64,000 nt of DNA from a virus. A program made the position numbers and the translations under genes. The notes beneath the pieces were generated by a model that saw only the letters and a list, made by a program, of their open reading frames with translations, was not told the origin of the DNA and ran no database searches. The stretch is taken from positions 96,001 to 160,000 of IMG/VR virus record IMGVR_UViG_3300036766_000678, one strand, 5' to 3'. Positions 27,578-36,923 of the stretch are shown here, one piece after another (the first letter of the stretch is position 1; every line of letters starts with the position of its first letter).

Positions 27578-27613
27578 CTTATCTTATCCTTTTAATTAAG
27601 TTAAATGACTAAA

Positions 27614-27669
27614 AAATCGTATATAAACAATATTCCCTATATACACCACTTTTAGTTATATTTTTACAT
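27614..27669 (-). promoter_or_regulatory. copy B of repeated upstream motif (candidate late promoter)
   Basis: 56-bp near-identical to 41348-41403; intergenic. Confidence 0.65.
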
Positions 27670-27692
27670 CAAAAACAATATTACCTACTACG

Positions 27693-27929
27693 TTACTTTG
27701 TAACTGAAAAACCTACTGCTTCCAACCTTCCAATTAATACAGACAAATCATCTGGCCCGTAATCCACGACCCCAATTTGCTTGATAGCAGTATGAAGATC
27801 GTCAATTGTCAGTTGTTTTTTGGGCCATTGTTTCAATAAAATCTCTGAAATATAATTAGGGTCTATAGTGAAACCACCATATTTAATTACTTTCAATTTA
27901 TAGGAACTTCCAATCTTATTTAATGCCAT
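27693..27929 (-). CDS. hypothetical protein sharing its N-terminus with the prohead protease
   Basis: MALNKIGSSYK vs MSLQKIGSSWK. Confidence 0.55.
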   Translation of the reverse strand: MALNKIGSSYKLKVIKYGGFTIDPNYISEILLKQWPKKQLTIDDLHTAIKQIGVVDYGPDDLSVLIGRLEAVGFSVTK

Positions 27930-27930
27930 A

Positions 27931-28596
27931 TTATTTACCTAGAAAATGTCGGACATCTTGAATAGAAACCGCTAAAGTTATTCCTGACCAACTAAAAGAA
28001 CTGCCTTCAGTCATTGCATTAACTCCCACTAATTCTCCTCTATAATTAAAAACACCTCCACCAGAAGAACCTGAATTAATGGCAGCATCTGTTACTATGT
28101 ATAAACTTTTATATAATTCTATTTCAACATTTAAAGCAGATACAATACCATGAGAAACTAAAAATTCCATATTAAATGGGCTTCCAACATTTATAATCTC
28201 TTCTCCAACTTTTAAATGTTTACCTAATTTGACATATTTATGACGTAATCCTTTTACACGAAGAAGACTTAAATCGTGGAGGGCATCTAACTTAATTACT
28301 TCTGCTGTATATGATTTTCCATTTATATCCCTAATCCAAATTTGTGAGGGAACAGTGGGTTGAAAACAATGCCCAGCAGACAGTATTTCATCCTTAGAAA
28401 TAAATGTGCCAGAACATCCGCCACGTAAAATTTGTTCTTTACCTTCTTTATTTTTAATTTTAGCTTTTATATGAATAAGTACAGAAGCTTTAAGTGCTCG
28501 ATTAGTGGCTCTTTCGTAATTCATTTTTGCATTGGCACAACTAGAAGAACTTAAAACTATCGTGCTAGTTAGCAACATAGCTAGTAATTTTCTCAT
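27931..28596 (-). CDS. trypsin-like (HtrA-type) serine protease with signal peptide
   Basis: LSAGHC, DLSLL, TDAAINSGSSGG catalytic triad motifs; hydrophobic N-terminus. Confidence 0.9.
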   Translation of the reverse strand: MRKLLAMLLTSTIVLSSSSCANAKMNYERATNRALKASVLIHIKAKIKNKEGKEQILRGGCSGTFISKDEILSAGHCFQPTVPSQIWIRDINGKSYTAEVIKLDALHDLSLLRVKGLRHKYVKLGKHLKVGEEIINVGSPFNMEFLVSHGIVSALNVEIELYKSLYIVTDAAINSGSSGGGVFNYRGELVGVNAMTEGSSFSWSGITLAVSIQDVRHFLGK

Positions 28597-28604
28597 AAAA
28601 TTCC

Positions 28605-28826
28605 TTATAAATTTTTATTATACAAATATTCGAAATACTCAAGATTGGACATTGGAGTATAGAAATCACAAGGGCATTTCCCCGTTTGTGACCAGATACA
28701 CCAAGATATAGCAGGTTTATCTTCTATAAGAATTCCTTGTTGGTAAGTTTCAATACTACCTAAATCTTTATGGTCTTCATAAGAATGATAACAATTACAA
28801 AGAAGATGTACTTTCTTTTCTTTCAT
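28605..28826 (-). CDS. small Cys/His protein, NLEYLE family
   Basis: CNCYH...CPCDFYTPMSNLEYFEYLY. Confidence 0.75.
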   Translation of the reverse strand: MKEKKVHLLCNCYHSYEDHKDLGSIETYQQGILIEDKPAISWCIWSQTGKCPCDFYTPMSNLEYFEYLYNKNL

Positions 28827-29040
28827 AACACCATTCCAAATACTCTAAATTATCTGATGGGATATATCTCAAACAAATACATCTATTAGTTCGACAAATT
28901 CTCCCCAAATATTCACTATCTCTATGTTGATAATTTAGACAAGAAGTATTTTTAGAAGTATGCCAACTAGGAGAACATTTGCACGTCTTGCAAACACTAT
29001 TAAAACGCTGATGGATCTTTACTTCTTTCTTTTTTATCAT
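28795..29040 (-). CDS. small Cys/His protein, NLEYLE family
   Basis: CKTCKC...CICLRYIPSDNLEYLEWCY. Confidence 0.75.
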   Translation of the reverse strand: MIKKKEVKIHQRFNSVCKTCKCSPSWHTSKNTSCLNYQHRDSEYLGRICRTNRCICLRYIPSDNLEYLEWCYERKESTSSL

Positions 29041-29344
29041 ATAAATGTTCTAAATATTCTAGGTTATCTTTTGGTGTATATTCTTTGCATTGGCAATTTA
29101 CAAACGTAACTGCCCCCCAATCGGAAAATTCAACACACTGATCATTAAGGTGGGCATGATTACAATCTCTACATCTTTTGGTAGTAGGTATAATTGTGCT
29201 AGGGCTAGTTGTAGTAGTCGTATAAGTATAAGGATAAGGATTTGTATTGGGAGAATACGAAGGATCTATTCCAGTAGTTGTATTATAATTCCAAATAGGA
29301 TTATTTGTTGCTAACACATTAGCCGTTGTAACACTATTAAACAT
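29000..29344 (-). CDS. small Cys/His protein, NLEYLE family, with T/P-rich N-terminal extension
   Basis: CRDCNH...CQCKEYTPKDNLEYLEHLY. Confidence 0.75.
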   Translation of the reverse strand: MFNSVTTANVLATNNPIWNYNTTTGIDPSYSPNTNPYPYTYTTTTTSPSTIIPTTKRCRDCNHAHLNDQCVEFSDWGAVTFVNCQCKEYTPKDNLEYLEHLYDKKERSKDPSAF

Positions 29345-29534
29345 TTATCTCTCCTTTTCGTTTCTTATCATATAAGTATTCTAGGTATTCTAAGTTATTT
29401 CTAGGTTCATAACCTAAACACTCAGAAGCACCATTTAAAAGTTTTGGGCAATAACAATGTATTGGAACATACTCACTCTCAGAATTTCCATAATAATGTA
29501 AACAATTACAATTTCTACATGTACTTAAAAACAT
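29337..29534 (-). CDS. small Cys/His protein, NLEYLE family
   Basis: CRNCNC...CLGYEPRNNLEYLEYLY. Confidence 0.75.
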   Translation of the reverse strand: MFLSTCRNCNCLHYYGNSESEYVPIHCYCPKLLNGASECLGYEPRNNLEYLEYLYDKKRKGEINV

Positions 29535-32500
29535 TATCTTTCAGGTGCGGCCAACTCAACAGCTCCGCCTTCGGGAGCTTCTACCATTTCTGGTGTTGCT
29601 CCAACTTCTCCTGGTACTTCTTCACCTACTCCTTCTGCACCTTCTTCTCCAGGTTCAATTGGTTCTATAGGTTCTACTGGTTCGGGCATTTCCCCACCCA
29701 TTCCACCCCCACCGGCACCTACTTCTCCACCGCCAGAAGGTTTACTAATTTTTGCGGGTATACGATCTTTCCCACCACCCTTATCAAAAATAGTACCTCT
29801 TTCTTGTTCAAGATTTTGTCTTTCAGTTTCAAAATCAAGCTCAGGAAATTTAGCGAAAAGAGTCTTTGTAGAAATAAGGCCCTTATCATGAAGATCCATC
29901 ATTCTGTCTTTTTCCGCATCTTCATCTTCAATATCCAAAGATTTATACCAAGAGATCTGTGGGAGAATTAATTCTTTTTTACCAGTAGCAGGATCAACAG
30001 TATAAAAATTATTCTTTTCTGCAATAGGTCTAAAGAAATGGTTTATCATCCAATCTTCAAATTTATCTCTTACGGTTTTATATTGCATAACAAGGGCATG
30101 TAATGCCATTGTTTTGCTATTACCAAAATTGGGGCCTTCTCCTAAGATAACGTTCTTGTTCACACCCATACCAACAAGCAATTGATCTTGAATGTAATCA
30201 TATTCAGCATTAAGAGGAAATTGTTTTCCCATAACACTTAATGGTTCATATTTAACAATGGGGGGAGCAAAAATACTAAATGGGGGATTCTGAATAGATT
30301 GATTAATTAAATTTTTCCAGTTACTAATATCCTGCTCACTTGGCATAGTATTGGAAGCTAAATCTCCAATAGTCCACAACTCTTTTGGGAACACATAATT
30401 TTGTGCGTAAGCGGATTGAGCGAGACGTATCCAGTCCTGAAGTATGAGGGCCTTAAATAAACAGTTGTGAACGAACACACCACAATCCAAAGCAAAGTTG
30501 TGAAAATTTCCAACAGATTTAATATCATATAATTCTTCTGCTGGTAAAATTTCTATGGATAAAACCTTATGGTTAAGTCTTTTTTTCTCTGCTACTTGTT
30601 TTTGTTTTTCAGCAGCATTTTTTCTAAATTCAGGAGAACGACGAATAGCTAATATTTTTGCAACATATTCTGGATCTTGCCAACGACGTTTCATTGACTC
30701 ACCTTGTACAAGAAAAGAGCCATTCTCATTCTTTGTTTGTGCTATTTTAGCTTTTACTTCAGGACGTTGCTGCACAATTTTTTGAGTTTCAGAAGTTTTC
30801 TTTCTATATTCAGGATCTGCTTTGCTTATACGCATGGCAGTAACAGCATTATTCCTATATTCTTCAGTTTCCCAAAGTTCTTTTAATCTTTCTGATTGAA
30901 TTTCATGCCGTTCTTCTTTTTCCCACGACCTAATTACCCCAGCAGTTAGATTTTTTATAAAATCTGGATTCTGTCTAGCTTTTTCAACTAATGCTTTGTG
31001 TAATTTTATATGATCCTTTCTGGATAAGACCAATAAATTTTCAGGTGTATTATCTGTTTTATGAAAATTTTGATGATGAACAATATCCTTTTTACTAACT
31101 GCCCCATTAATAAAATCGGCTACCACACGATGAGTATATTTCCAAGCATCATCGGCTGGATTATAGATAAGTTCATAGCCAGTAATAGTTCTGCTTTCTT
31201 CCCCAAGTTTACTAATTTTGGAATATAAAGGCATCAAACTTTCACCCACAGAAAGAAATTCAGCATTTTTATAAGATCCATCTCTAAGCACAATAGGGTG
31301 TTCCTTAGAACATTTAATATAATTCCCACTATCTAAAGTTATCTTATAAACTATATCTTTTTTGGTGAAAACAACTTCGTCTGCACGTCCTGGAACAATA
31401 CTATTATTTTTATCAATACTATAAACCCAAAAATTCTTTCTTTTTAGGTCAAAAAGTTCTTTCAAAGTTGGGGAAGTCCCATCCAACAAACGAATCTTTG
31501 TATCTCCCGTTAAACACTGTATGGGACTTGTCCCCCTCGTAGCAGAGGGGTCTGTAAGATCGGCAATCATCGACGTACAATTCTCATCTAGCTTAATATT
31601 TCGATGATCATTAATTGCATTAACAAGTTCTGGAGAAGACTCTTTTAATTTTTCTACTCTCTCCTGATCTTCGGGACGAGTGGAAGATACTAATGCTTTA
31701 AGTTCTTCCGTTGGAATTAATTCAAAAGTTTGAGTACCCGTAAGCATATCTGTTTTAATTTCAACAAGTTCTGGTTCCAATAACACAAAATTTGCCCAGC
31801 GATACAGTTTCTCTTCACCTTTTGGATTTTCAACATCCTGAGTCATATTTCCAAAACAAATAGCTTCACCAAATTTGTTATAAGAGATACTAGCTCTTAA
31901 AATATAGGAGAGAAGATTGAAATGCTGATTTGAACACATCTCTTCATAAAATTTCTTTACAGAAACATCTTGGACAACTAAATCAAATTTGGAAAATGGA
32001 TAGGCTGCATGTAAATTTGTAATACGTTTTACATACGGTTCCAAATTATAGAATATACGACAGTTATGAGTGGTAAATGGAACATTAATTGTATGATCTT
32101 CTGTAGTTACACAACAAAAATCTTTATCCGTATCAAATACTTCTACCCCAGTAACAGGAAAATAGAAGTATTGGTCATCTTCAAAATACATAACTTCTGT
32201 ATTTTCATTTGAATAACTCCCAGGATAAATTTTATTAACATTTTCCCCAGAAATACCTAATGTATATGCAAAAGGTGCCACAGATTTCATCTGGATTTTA
32301 GATTTCTTATTTATATAAGCTAAATCTTGTTCTCTTTGTCTAAACCAGACAGGTACTCCAACTTGATTAAAAAGAAGATGACCTTTATAGGCTAAAGATT
32401 GAGAAACAGTACATACGGACATAGCAGGTCGTGAAGGAGTAATATTTTTAACTGTTCCATCTCCCCTTACCCATCCTCGTAAAAAAGAAAGAACTAAATT

Positions 32501-33523
32501 GTTTTCTAACTCAAACAACCACATAGGAATATCTTTAATATTTGATCCGGTATTAAAATACTGCACAACAAATTCAGCTAACACAGAACTATTAACAAAT
32601 AAACGAATACTTCCATTGTGTGGGCCAATATGAATTTTATGTTCTGGTATATGAAATTCTGTAATTAAAGTTTCTTTTAAAGCTTTTGCTATATTTTCCT
32701 CGTCATGAGATAGAGTTAAAGTAATAGCATTTTTATGTCCTTCGCTATCAGCAACATGACCTTCTGCAATATACCAACCCAAAAATTCTAATACCTTATT
32801 TGTAAGTGGTAAAAATCTTGGCATACTATATGCTACATCTCTACTTACAACTTCTAAAGAATTCTCAGAAGGCGTAACAATTTTAACTCGTCCTTTATGT
32901 AACTTATAAATTGAACGTTCTTTTAAAGTAGGAACATACAAATCAATTTTAGGTGCTTCAGTAGAAGAAAATTTAATTTTTGGACAAGCTACTAAATCCC
33001 CCTCTTGAAGAAGATTTGCATCAATCCAAGTTAATTTTTCTTTCGGAGTAACAAAACCAAAGCGTATAGCATCTCGTAACGTTCTATGTTGACCTTTAGC
33101 TTGAATCCCAAGTACAGGATGATAGGAAGCCATTTCTACAGGAGGACAATATTTAATTGTAAGTTTAACTGCGCTGGAGTCTGCTTTCTTACGTTGAATA
33201 TCTAAAACTTTTTGCCAAATACCTTTTCTTGATAAAACTAAATCTCCTATCTTTACATCAGAAATTTTCTTGTATACACCATTACACAAAATTTCTTGAT
33301 CTTCGAGAATGGGCCATTTAAGGATTTCTTGACGTGATTTGGGAAGAAGCCACGATTCACTCGTCAGCTCAGGTGAATAGAAAAAACTATTTGTTTGTGT
33401 GACTTGATACTCTCCCTCTTTCAAAAGAGAAGCTTCTTTCTTCACTCCAGTTAAACTCTGAGGTGCTGTGAAATTTGCTTGTGGAGTTCCTTTCTTTGGT
33501 ATGCCTTTTCCTTTTCGTGCCAT
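29534..33523 (-). CDS. portal protein with two inteins (561 aa after splicing)
   Basis: Position just downstream of terL; size after intein removal; acidic Gly/Glu/Pro tail. Confidence 0.8.
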   Translation of the reverse strand: MARKGKGIPKKGTPQANFTAPQSLTGVKKEASLLKEGEYQVTQTNSFFYSPELTSESWLLPKSRQEILKWPILEDQEILCNGVYKKISDVKIGDLVLSRKGIWQKVLDIQRKKADSSAVKLTIKYCPPVEMASYHPVLGIQAKGQHRTLRDAIRFGFVTPKEKLTWIDANLLQEGDLVACPKIKFSSTEAPKIDLYVPTLKERSIYKLHKGRVKIVTPSENSLEVVSRDVAYSMPRFLPLTNKVLEFLGWYIAEGHVADSEGHKNAITLTLSHDEENIAKALKETLITEFHIPEHKIHIGPHNGSIRLFVNSSVLAEFVVQYFNTGSNIKDIPMWLFELENNLVLSFLRGWVRGDGTVKNITPSRPAMSVCTVSQSLAYKGHLLFNQVGVPVWFRQREQDLAYINKKSKIQMKSVAPFAYTLGISGENVNKIYPGSYSNENTEVMYFEDDQYFYFPVTGVEVFDTDKDFCCVTTEDHTINVPFTTHNCRIFYNLEPYVKRITNLHAAYPFSKFDLVVQDVSVKKFYEEMCSNQHFNLLSYILRASISYNKFGEAICFGNMTQDVENPKGEEKLYRWANFVLLEPELVEIKTDMLTGTQTFELIPTEELKALVSSTRPEDQERVEKLKESSPELVNAINDHRNIKLDENCTSMIADLTDPSATRGTSPIQCLTGDTKIRLLDGTSPTLKELFDLKRKNFWVYSIDKNNSIVPGRADEVVFTKKDIVYKITLDSGNYIKCSKEHPIVLRDGSYKNAEFLSVGESLMPLYSKISKLGEESRTITGYELIYNPADDAWKYTHRVVADFINGAVSKKDIVHHQNFHKTDNTPENLLVLSRKDHIKLHKALVEKARQNPDFIKNLTAGVIRSWEKEERHEIQSERLKELWETEEYRNNAVTAMRISKADPEYRKKTSETQKIVQQRPEVKAKIAQTKNENGSFLVQGESMKRRWQDPEYVAKILAIRRSPEFRKNAAEKQKQVAEKKRLNHKVLSIEILPAEELYDIKSVGNFHNFALDCGVFVHNCLFKALILQDWIRLAQSAYAQNYVFPKELWTIGDLASNTMPSEQDISNWKNLINQSIQNPPFSIFAPPIVKYEPLSVMGKQFPLNAEYDYIQDQLLVGMGVNKNVILGEGPNFGNSKTMALHALVMQYKTVRDKFEDWMINHFFRPIAEKNNFYTVDPATGKKELILPQISWYKSLDIEDEDAEKDRMMDLHDKGLISTKTLFAKFPELDFETERQNLEQERGTIFDKGGGKDRIPAKISKPSGGGEVGAGGGGMGGEMPEPVEPIEPIEPGEEGAEGVGEEVPGEVGATPEMVEAPEGGAVELAAPER
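30464..31516 (-). mobile_element. intein (351 aa) with HNH endonuclease, in the portal
   Basis: C1-LTGDTKI, SKEHPI, YTHRVV...IVHH.NFHKTDN.PENL, VHN|C. Confidence 0.93.
32063..33313 (-). mobile_element. LAGLIDADG intein (417 aa) starting with Pro, in the portal
   Basis: W|PILEDQEIL..., FLGWYIAEG, FLRGWVRGDG, DFCCVTTEDH...TTHN|C. Confidence 0.88.
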
Positions 33524-33774
33524 TAGATCTTCTCCTTAATCTCTTCTTCTAACTCTTCTTTCTCTAACTCTTTCTTTTCCAACTCTTGTTTTGCAATCCA
33601 ATTATCCTTCATACCTTCTAATTTCTTTTGAATATCCATAAGTGAATCGGCATAATGTCCAAGCATATCTCTATCTTTTTTATCAATAGAATACTTATTA
33701 CTAAGCCGATAAATTTCATCTGCTACTGAAACTAAATAATCGTTCGATTCTTCTATCACTTTGGTTGGTTTCAT
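33523..33774 (-). CDS. hypothetical protein
   Basis: 83-aa ORF coupled to the portal start. Confidence 0.5.
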   Translation of the reverse strand: MKPTKVIEESNDYLVSVADEIYRLSNKYSIDKKDRDMLGHYADSLMDIQKKLEGMKDNWIAKQELEKKELEKEELEEEIKEKI

Positions 33775-33846
33775 ATTAATCGTTGTTAACTCTTTCCTTT
33801 TAACAATATTCTACCTTCTATTACTATATCAGAAAATTTCAAATTT

Positions 33847-35490
33847 TTATGGCCTATCCTTAAGGTACTTGCTCTGGAGAGGGTTCTGTTGCCCAGGCAT
33901 TGGAATATGCCGCCCATGTAAATTAGAAATCCCCGCTTGAGGGGAAGCCATAGAACTAATAGACTTAGAAATCTTATCAGAGTGTGCTTTCATTTGGTCG
34001 GCGGCCCAGATTCCTAGCACGTTGGACATCGTGAAATCGTCGTGTCCCATAGAAGTATCTACAAAAATTTGGTCATTAATTCCAGCTCTACTCTTGTGCC
34101 GTTCCAATAAGCACCATTGAGAAAATCCTTCTCGAAATAGTTTATTATTCTCAATTTTATCCATTGTCGGATATTGAACTCTACCACTATCAAGCTCAAA
34201 TATAAACTGATCTACCATGGCATTTTTATAATTTTTCTTCGTAATAGGTTCAGAAGCATTAAAAGTTATTCCAGCTATTGGAATCTTTTCTTTCTGGAAC
34301 ATTTCAACAATACTTATTGCAATATTACTATAATCAGCAAGACCAAAAACACACTTAAAAACACCTGTTTCTGGATGAATAATCTGTTTTATTTCTTCCA
34401 TCTGTTCTACCACATTTCCCTGCCAAGAAAATTGAGCCACACATTGTTTAATGTTATCATGTGTCTTACGCCAAATTGAAAGAACAGTGAAGTCTAAATC
34501 TTTTTTACCAGGAAGAAGAGTACCACTAGCCGTATCCAATCCGAAATAATATTTTTCAGTAAGTTGGGGACGGCCTTCTTCAAGGACATCAAAATCGCCA
34601 GATATTAAAAGTTTTTGCTGTTCAGCAGAAAGTACAAGATTGATATCTTCCATCCATATCATCTCGTACTGAGTATTCCATTCAACTTCTGAATAACCTT
34701 CTACGCTGTCATAGTGCAGTAATGGATCGTTGGGGAAATATTTCTGTTTGACAGTACGAGGCATCAAATCTACAATACGTTTGGGGTATTCGTTACCTTC
34801 GTATAATATAGAACCCTGTTGCCAATAAATATCACATTCTCTCCAATTCTTTTTTAATACTTTATATTTTGTATTTGGGGAGTTACAACTTTGAAAAAAA
34901 TTGTTCTTATAAAGAGAAATTCCAACCTTGATTGTTTTTGCAACAGAAAAACTACCAAGCATTGGAACAAGTTTCTCACGTACAACCCAGTCACTTACTC
35001 TCTGCGCTTCGTCGATTAAAATTAGCATAAAATGCTCTGATTCCTGGGTTGCCGTTTCGGAAGCAGACAAAGCTTTTATCGTTGAACCATTCTTAAATGT
35101 GACTAGAGAATTGGAGGTTTTGTTCCAATCAATATCATTATAAACAGACGAAGAAGGAGTAAGAATACGCCCAATAATATCTTCTTTTACTAACCGTTTA
35201 GAGGTTTCACCTTTAGGACCAAAAATACCAATTCGGAAACCTGGGTTATCCAAACAAACTTTTACAAGAGCAATAGCGGCGGCATAAGTTTTTCCAGAGC
35301 CGCGAGAAGCTAAGATAGCCAAATAGGGGAGACTTAAATTTGTTATATCATTAATAATGGAAATCTGATTGTCATACAAGTCAATATTAAGATTAGTAAG
35401 TGCCCAATAACTGGGGTCAACGGCAGCTTTATTAAGCGTAGGAAATCGGATAGAGAGTTCATTTTCTACAAGAGAGTCGAAGCGATTCAT
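33847..35490 (-). CDS. terL: terminase large subunit
   Basis: Walker A ASRGSGKT, Walker B LILIDEAQ, nuclease YFGLDTA and HDDF. Confidence 0.92.
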   Translation of the reverse strand: MNRFDSLVENELSIRFPTLNKAAVDPSYWALTNLNIDLYDNQISIINDITNLSLPYLAILASRGSGKTYAAAIALVKVCLDNPGFRIGIFGPKGETSKRLVKEDIIGRILTPSSSVYNDIDWNKTSNSLVTFKNGSTIKALSASETATQESEHFMLILIDEAQRVSDWVVREKLVPMLGSFSVAKTIKVGISLYKNNFFQSCNSPNTKYKVLKKNWRECDIYWQQGSILYEGNEYPKRIVDLMPRTVKQKYFPNDPLLHYDSVEGYSEVEWNTQYEMIWMEDINLVLSAEQQKLLISGDFDVLEEGRPQLTEKYYFGLDTASGTLLPGKKDLDFTVLSIWRKTHDNIKQCVAQFSWQGNVVEQMEEIKQIIHPETGVFKCVFGLADYSNIAISIVEMFQKEKIPIAGITFNASEPITKKNYKNAMVDQFIFELDSGRVQYPTMDKIENNKLFREGFSQWCLLERHKSRAGINDQIFVDTSMGHDDFTMSNVLGIWAADQMKAHSDKISKSISSMASPQAGISNLHGRHIPMPGQQNPLQSKYLKDRP

Positions 35491-35502
35491 TTATCTTACC
35501 TT

Positions 35503-35658
35503 TTAATTCTTGTCTGTTATTAACTTAAAACTTCCACAGGCTTTGCATTTCAAAATTTTACAATACATATCTATAGAGAACATTGATCCACATTGAAAAT
35601 TATACACTTCTCTAAATTTATTTTCTGCACAATTAGTGCATACTAGGATTTTCTCCAT
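35503..35658 (-). CDS. small zinc-ribbon protein (51 aa, not in ORF track)
   Basis: MEKILVCTNC...LKCKACGSFKLITDKN*. Confidence 0.5.
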   Translation of the reverse strand: MEKILVCTNCAENKFREVYNFQCGSMFSIDMYCKILKCKACGSFKLITDKN

Positions 35659-35851
35659 TATCTTCATCTAACAACCCACTTTTCCAATCTTTGAGTTCGT
35701 TTTGTATCTCACGGATACGATCCCGAAGAACCAGACTGGATTTGACCATATTTGTATGAATATCATTAATCTCAATTTCAAGTTTTTTATTTTTACTTCC
35801 CATCGGAGCAGCCCCCATTTCCATTTCTTTTATTACCAACAAGACGAACAA
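35633..35851 (-). CDS. hypothetical protein
   Basis: Short coiled-coil ORF; start uncertain. Confidence 0.4.
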   Translation of the reverse strand: MFVLLVIKEMEMGAAPMGSKNKKLEIEINDIHTNMVKSSLVLRDRIREIQNELKDWKSGLLDEDNGENPSMH

Positions 35852-36059
35852 CTAAATCAAGTGTTTTATTTACTTCGTTAGAAAGATTTATATAATCATC
35901 ATTAATTTTTGTAACTTCAGTATGACGTTTTTCCTGTAAATCACTATACAATTTAAATAGTTTCCAAATTACATATGCTTCAACAACCATACATACAACG
36001 GGCAATGTAAGAATTCCAAGTACTTTAGGATCAGTCAAAAGTTGTAATAATATATCCAT
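35793..36059 (-). CDS. single-TM protein with coiled coil, possibly holin-like
   Basis: VLGILTLPVVCMVVEAYVIW followed by a heptad-like stretch. Confidence 0.4.
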   Translation of the reverse strand: MDILLQLLTDPKVLGILTLPVVCMVVEAYVIWKLFKLYSDLQEKRHTEVTKINDDYINLSNEVNKTLDLVVRLVGNKRNGNGGCSDGK

Positions 36060-36916
36060 TATTTTAATCCTAATTTTGCTCTTTTTGTTATTCCTATAGC
36101 AGTTTTCTTTTTATGTTCCTCTATTGTTAGAGGCTGATAATTCTTATAATTAACAGCTTCTAAAAATTGTTTTCTATCAGTAAGATCAAAATCTGCTAAT
36201 TCTTTTATGTGATCTAATTCCCAATAACTTCCGTAGTTACCCCATGTCATACCATCATGAAACTTTGTAGCAATATAATCTTTAAAGAACTCTATAGGAC
36301 ATCCAAGATCTCTAACGGCTGAACCCAATTTTGAGTTATTTTTTAAAGCAGAATTAAGTCTAGTCCTTAAATTACAAGCTAATCTAAAATTAATATCAAT
36401 GGCTTTTCTATTTTTTACATATTTTTTCTTTTGCAACAAAATTTGTTCTAAATTATCTAAATACCATTCTTTTACTTGTGTCAAAATTTTCTCTTTATTA
36501 TTTTGATAATAAATCTTATTGTAGGCTAATATTTCATCTTTATTATTTTGATAACGTTCTTTATCACGAATTTTAACACATTCTATACATGAACCGTCTT
36601 TATAAAAGCCAGTAACAAAAGTATCATGACCATGGATACAAAATTGTTTAGTATGTTTAATTTTTCTTTTCCCCTCTTTGACTTCTTTTTGTCTTTTACA
36701 ACTATCTATATTTTTACAATCTTTACAAGCCCCACTTTTATCTCTACCACAAACAGCCGTGTCGTGCCCATGCCTACATATTTGTTTTTTAGGATGCGGA
36801 GATTTTAATCCAAGTAAAACTGGTCTAGTACAACCCATGCAATTACCTTGTTTATCTCTACCAACTACAGCTATCTCATGGCCATGTATACAAAAAGGTT
36901 TTTTAGATTTAGACAT
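36059..36916 (-). CDS. HNH-type endonuclease with three FCxxGHD-like repeats
   Basis: GMTWGNYG..WELDHIK...FDL.D..Q.....NY.N.QPL C-terminal domain. Confidence 0.78.
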   Translation of the reverse strand: MSKSKKPFCIHGHEIAVVGRDKQGNCMGCTRPVLLGLKSPHPKKQICRHGHDTAVCGRDKSGACKDCKNIDSCKRQKEVKEGKRKIKHTKQFCIHGHDTFVTGFYKDGSCIECVKIRDKERYQNNKDEILAYNKIYYQNNKEKILTQVKEWYLDNLEQILLQKKKYVKNRKAIDINFRLACNLRTRLNSALKNNSKLGSAVRDLGCPIEFFKDYIATKFHDGMTWGNYGSYWELDHIKELADFDLTDRKQFLEAVNYKNYQPLTIEEHKKKTAIGITKRAKLGLK

Positions 36917-36923
36917 AAATATT

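Noticed and set aside
33812-33846. Promoter from TTGAAA and TGATATAGT upstream of 33523-33774
   Set aside because: The hexamers are 8 bp apart; only an extended -10 remains, which is too weak to call.
33847-35490. Intein or intron in the terminase large subunit
   Set aside because: The 547-aa ORF is continuous with no Hint motifs.
33523-36059. Terminase small subunit among the ORFs near terL
   Set aside because: None shows a recognisable HTH/oligomerisation pattern; left unassigned.
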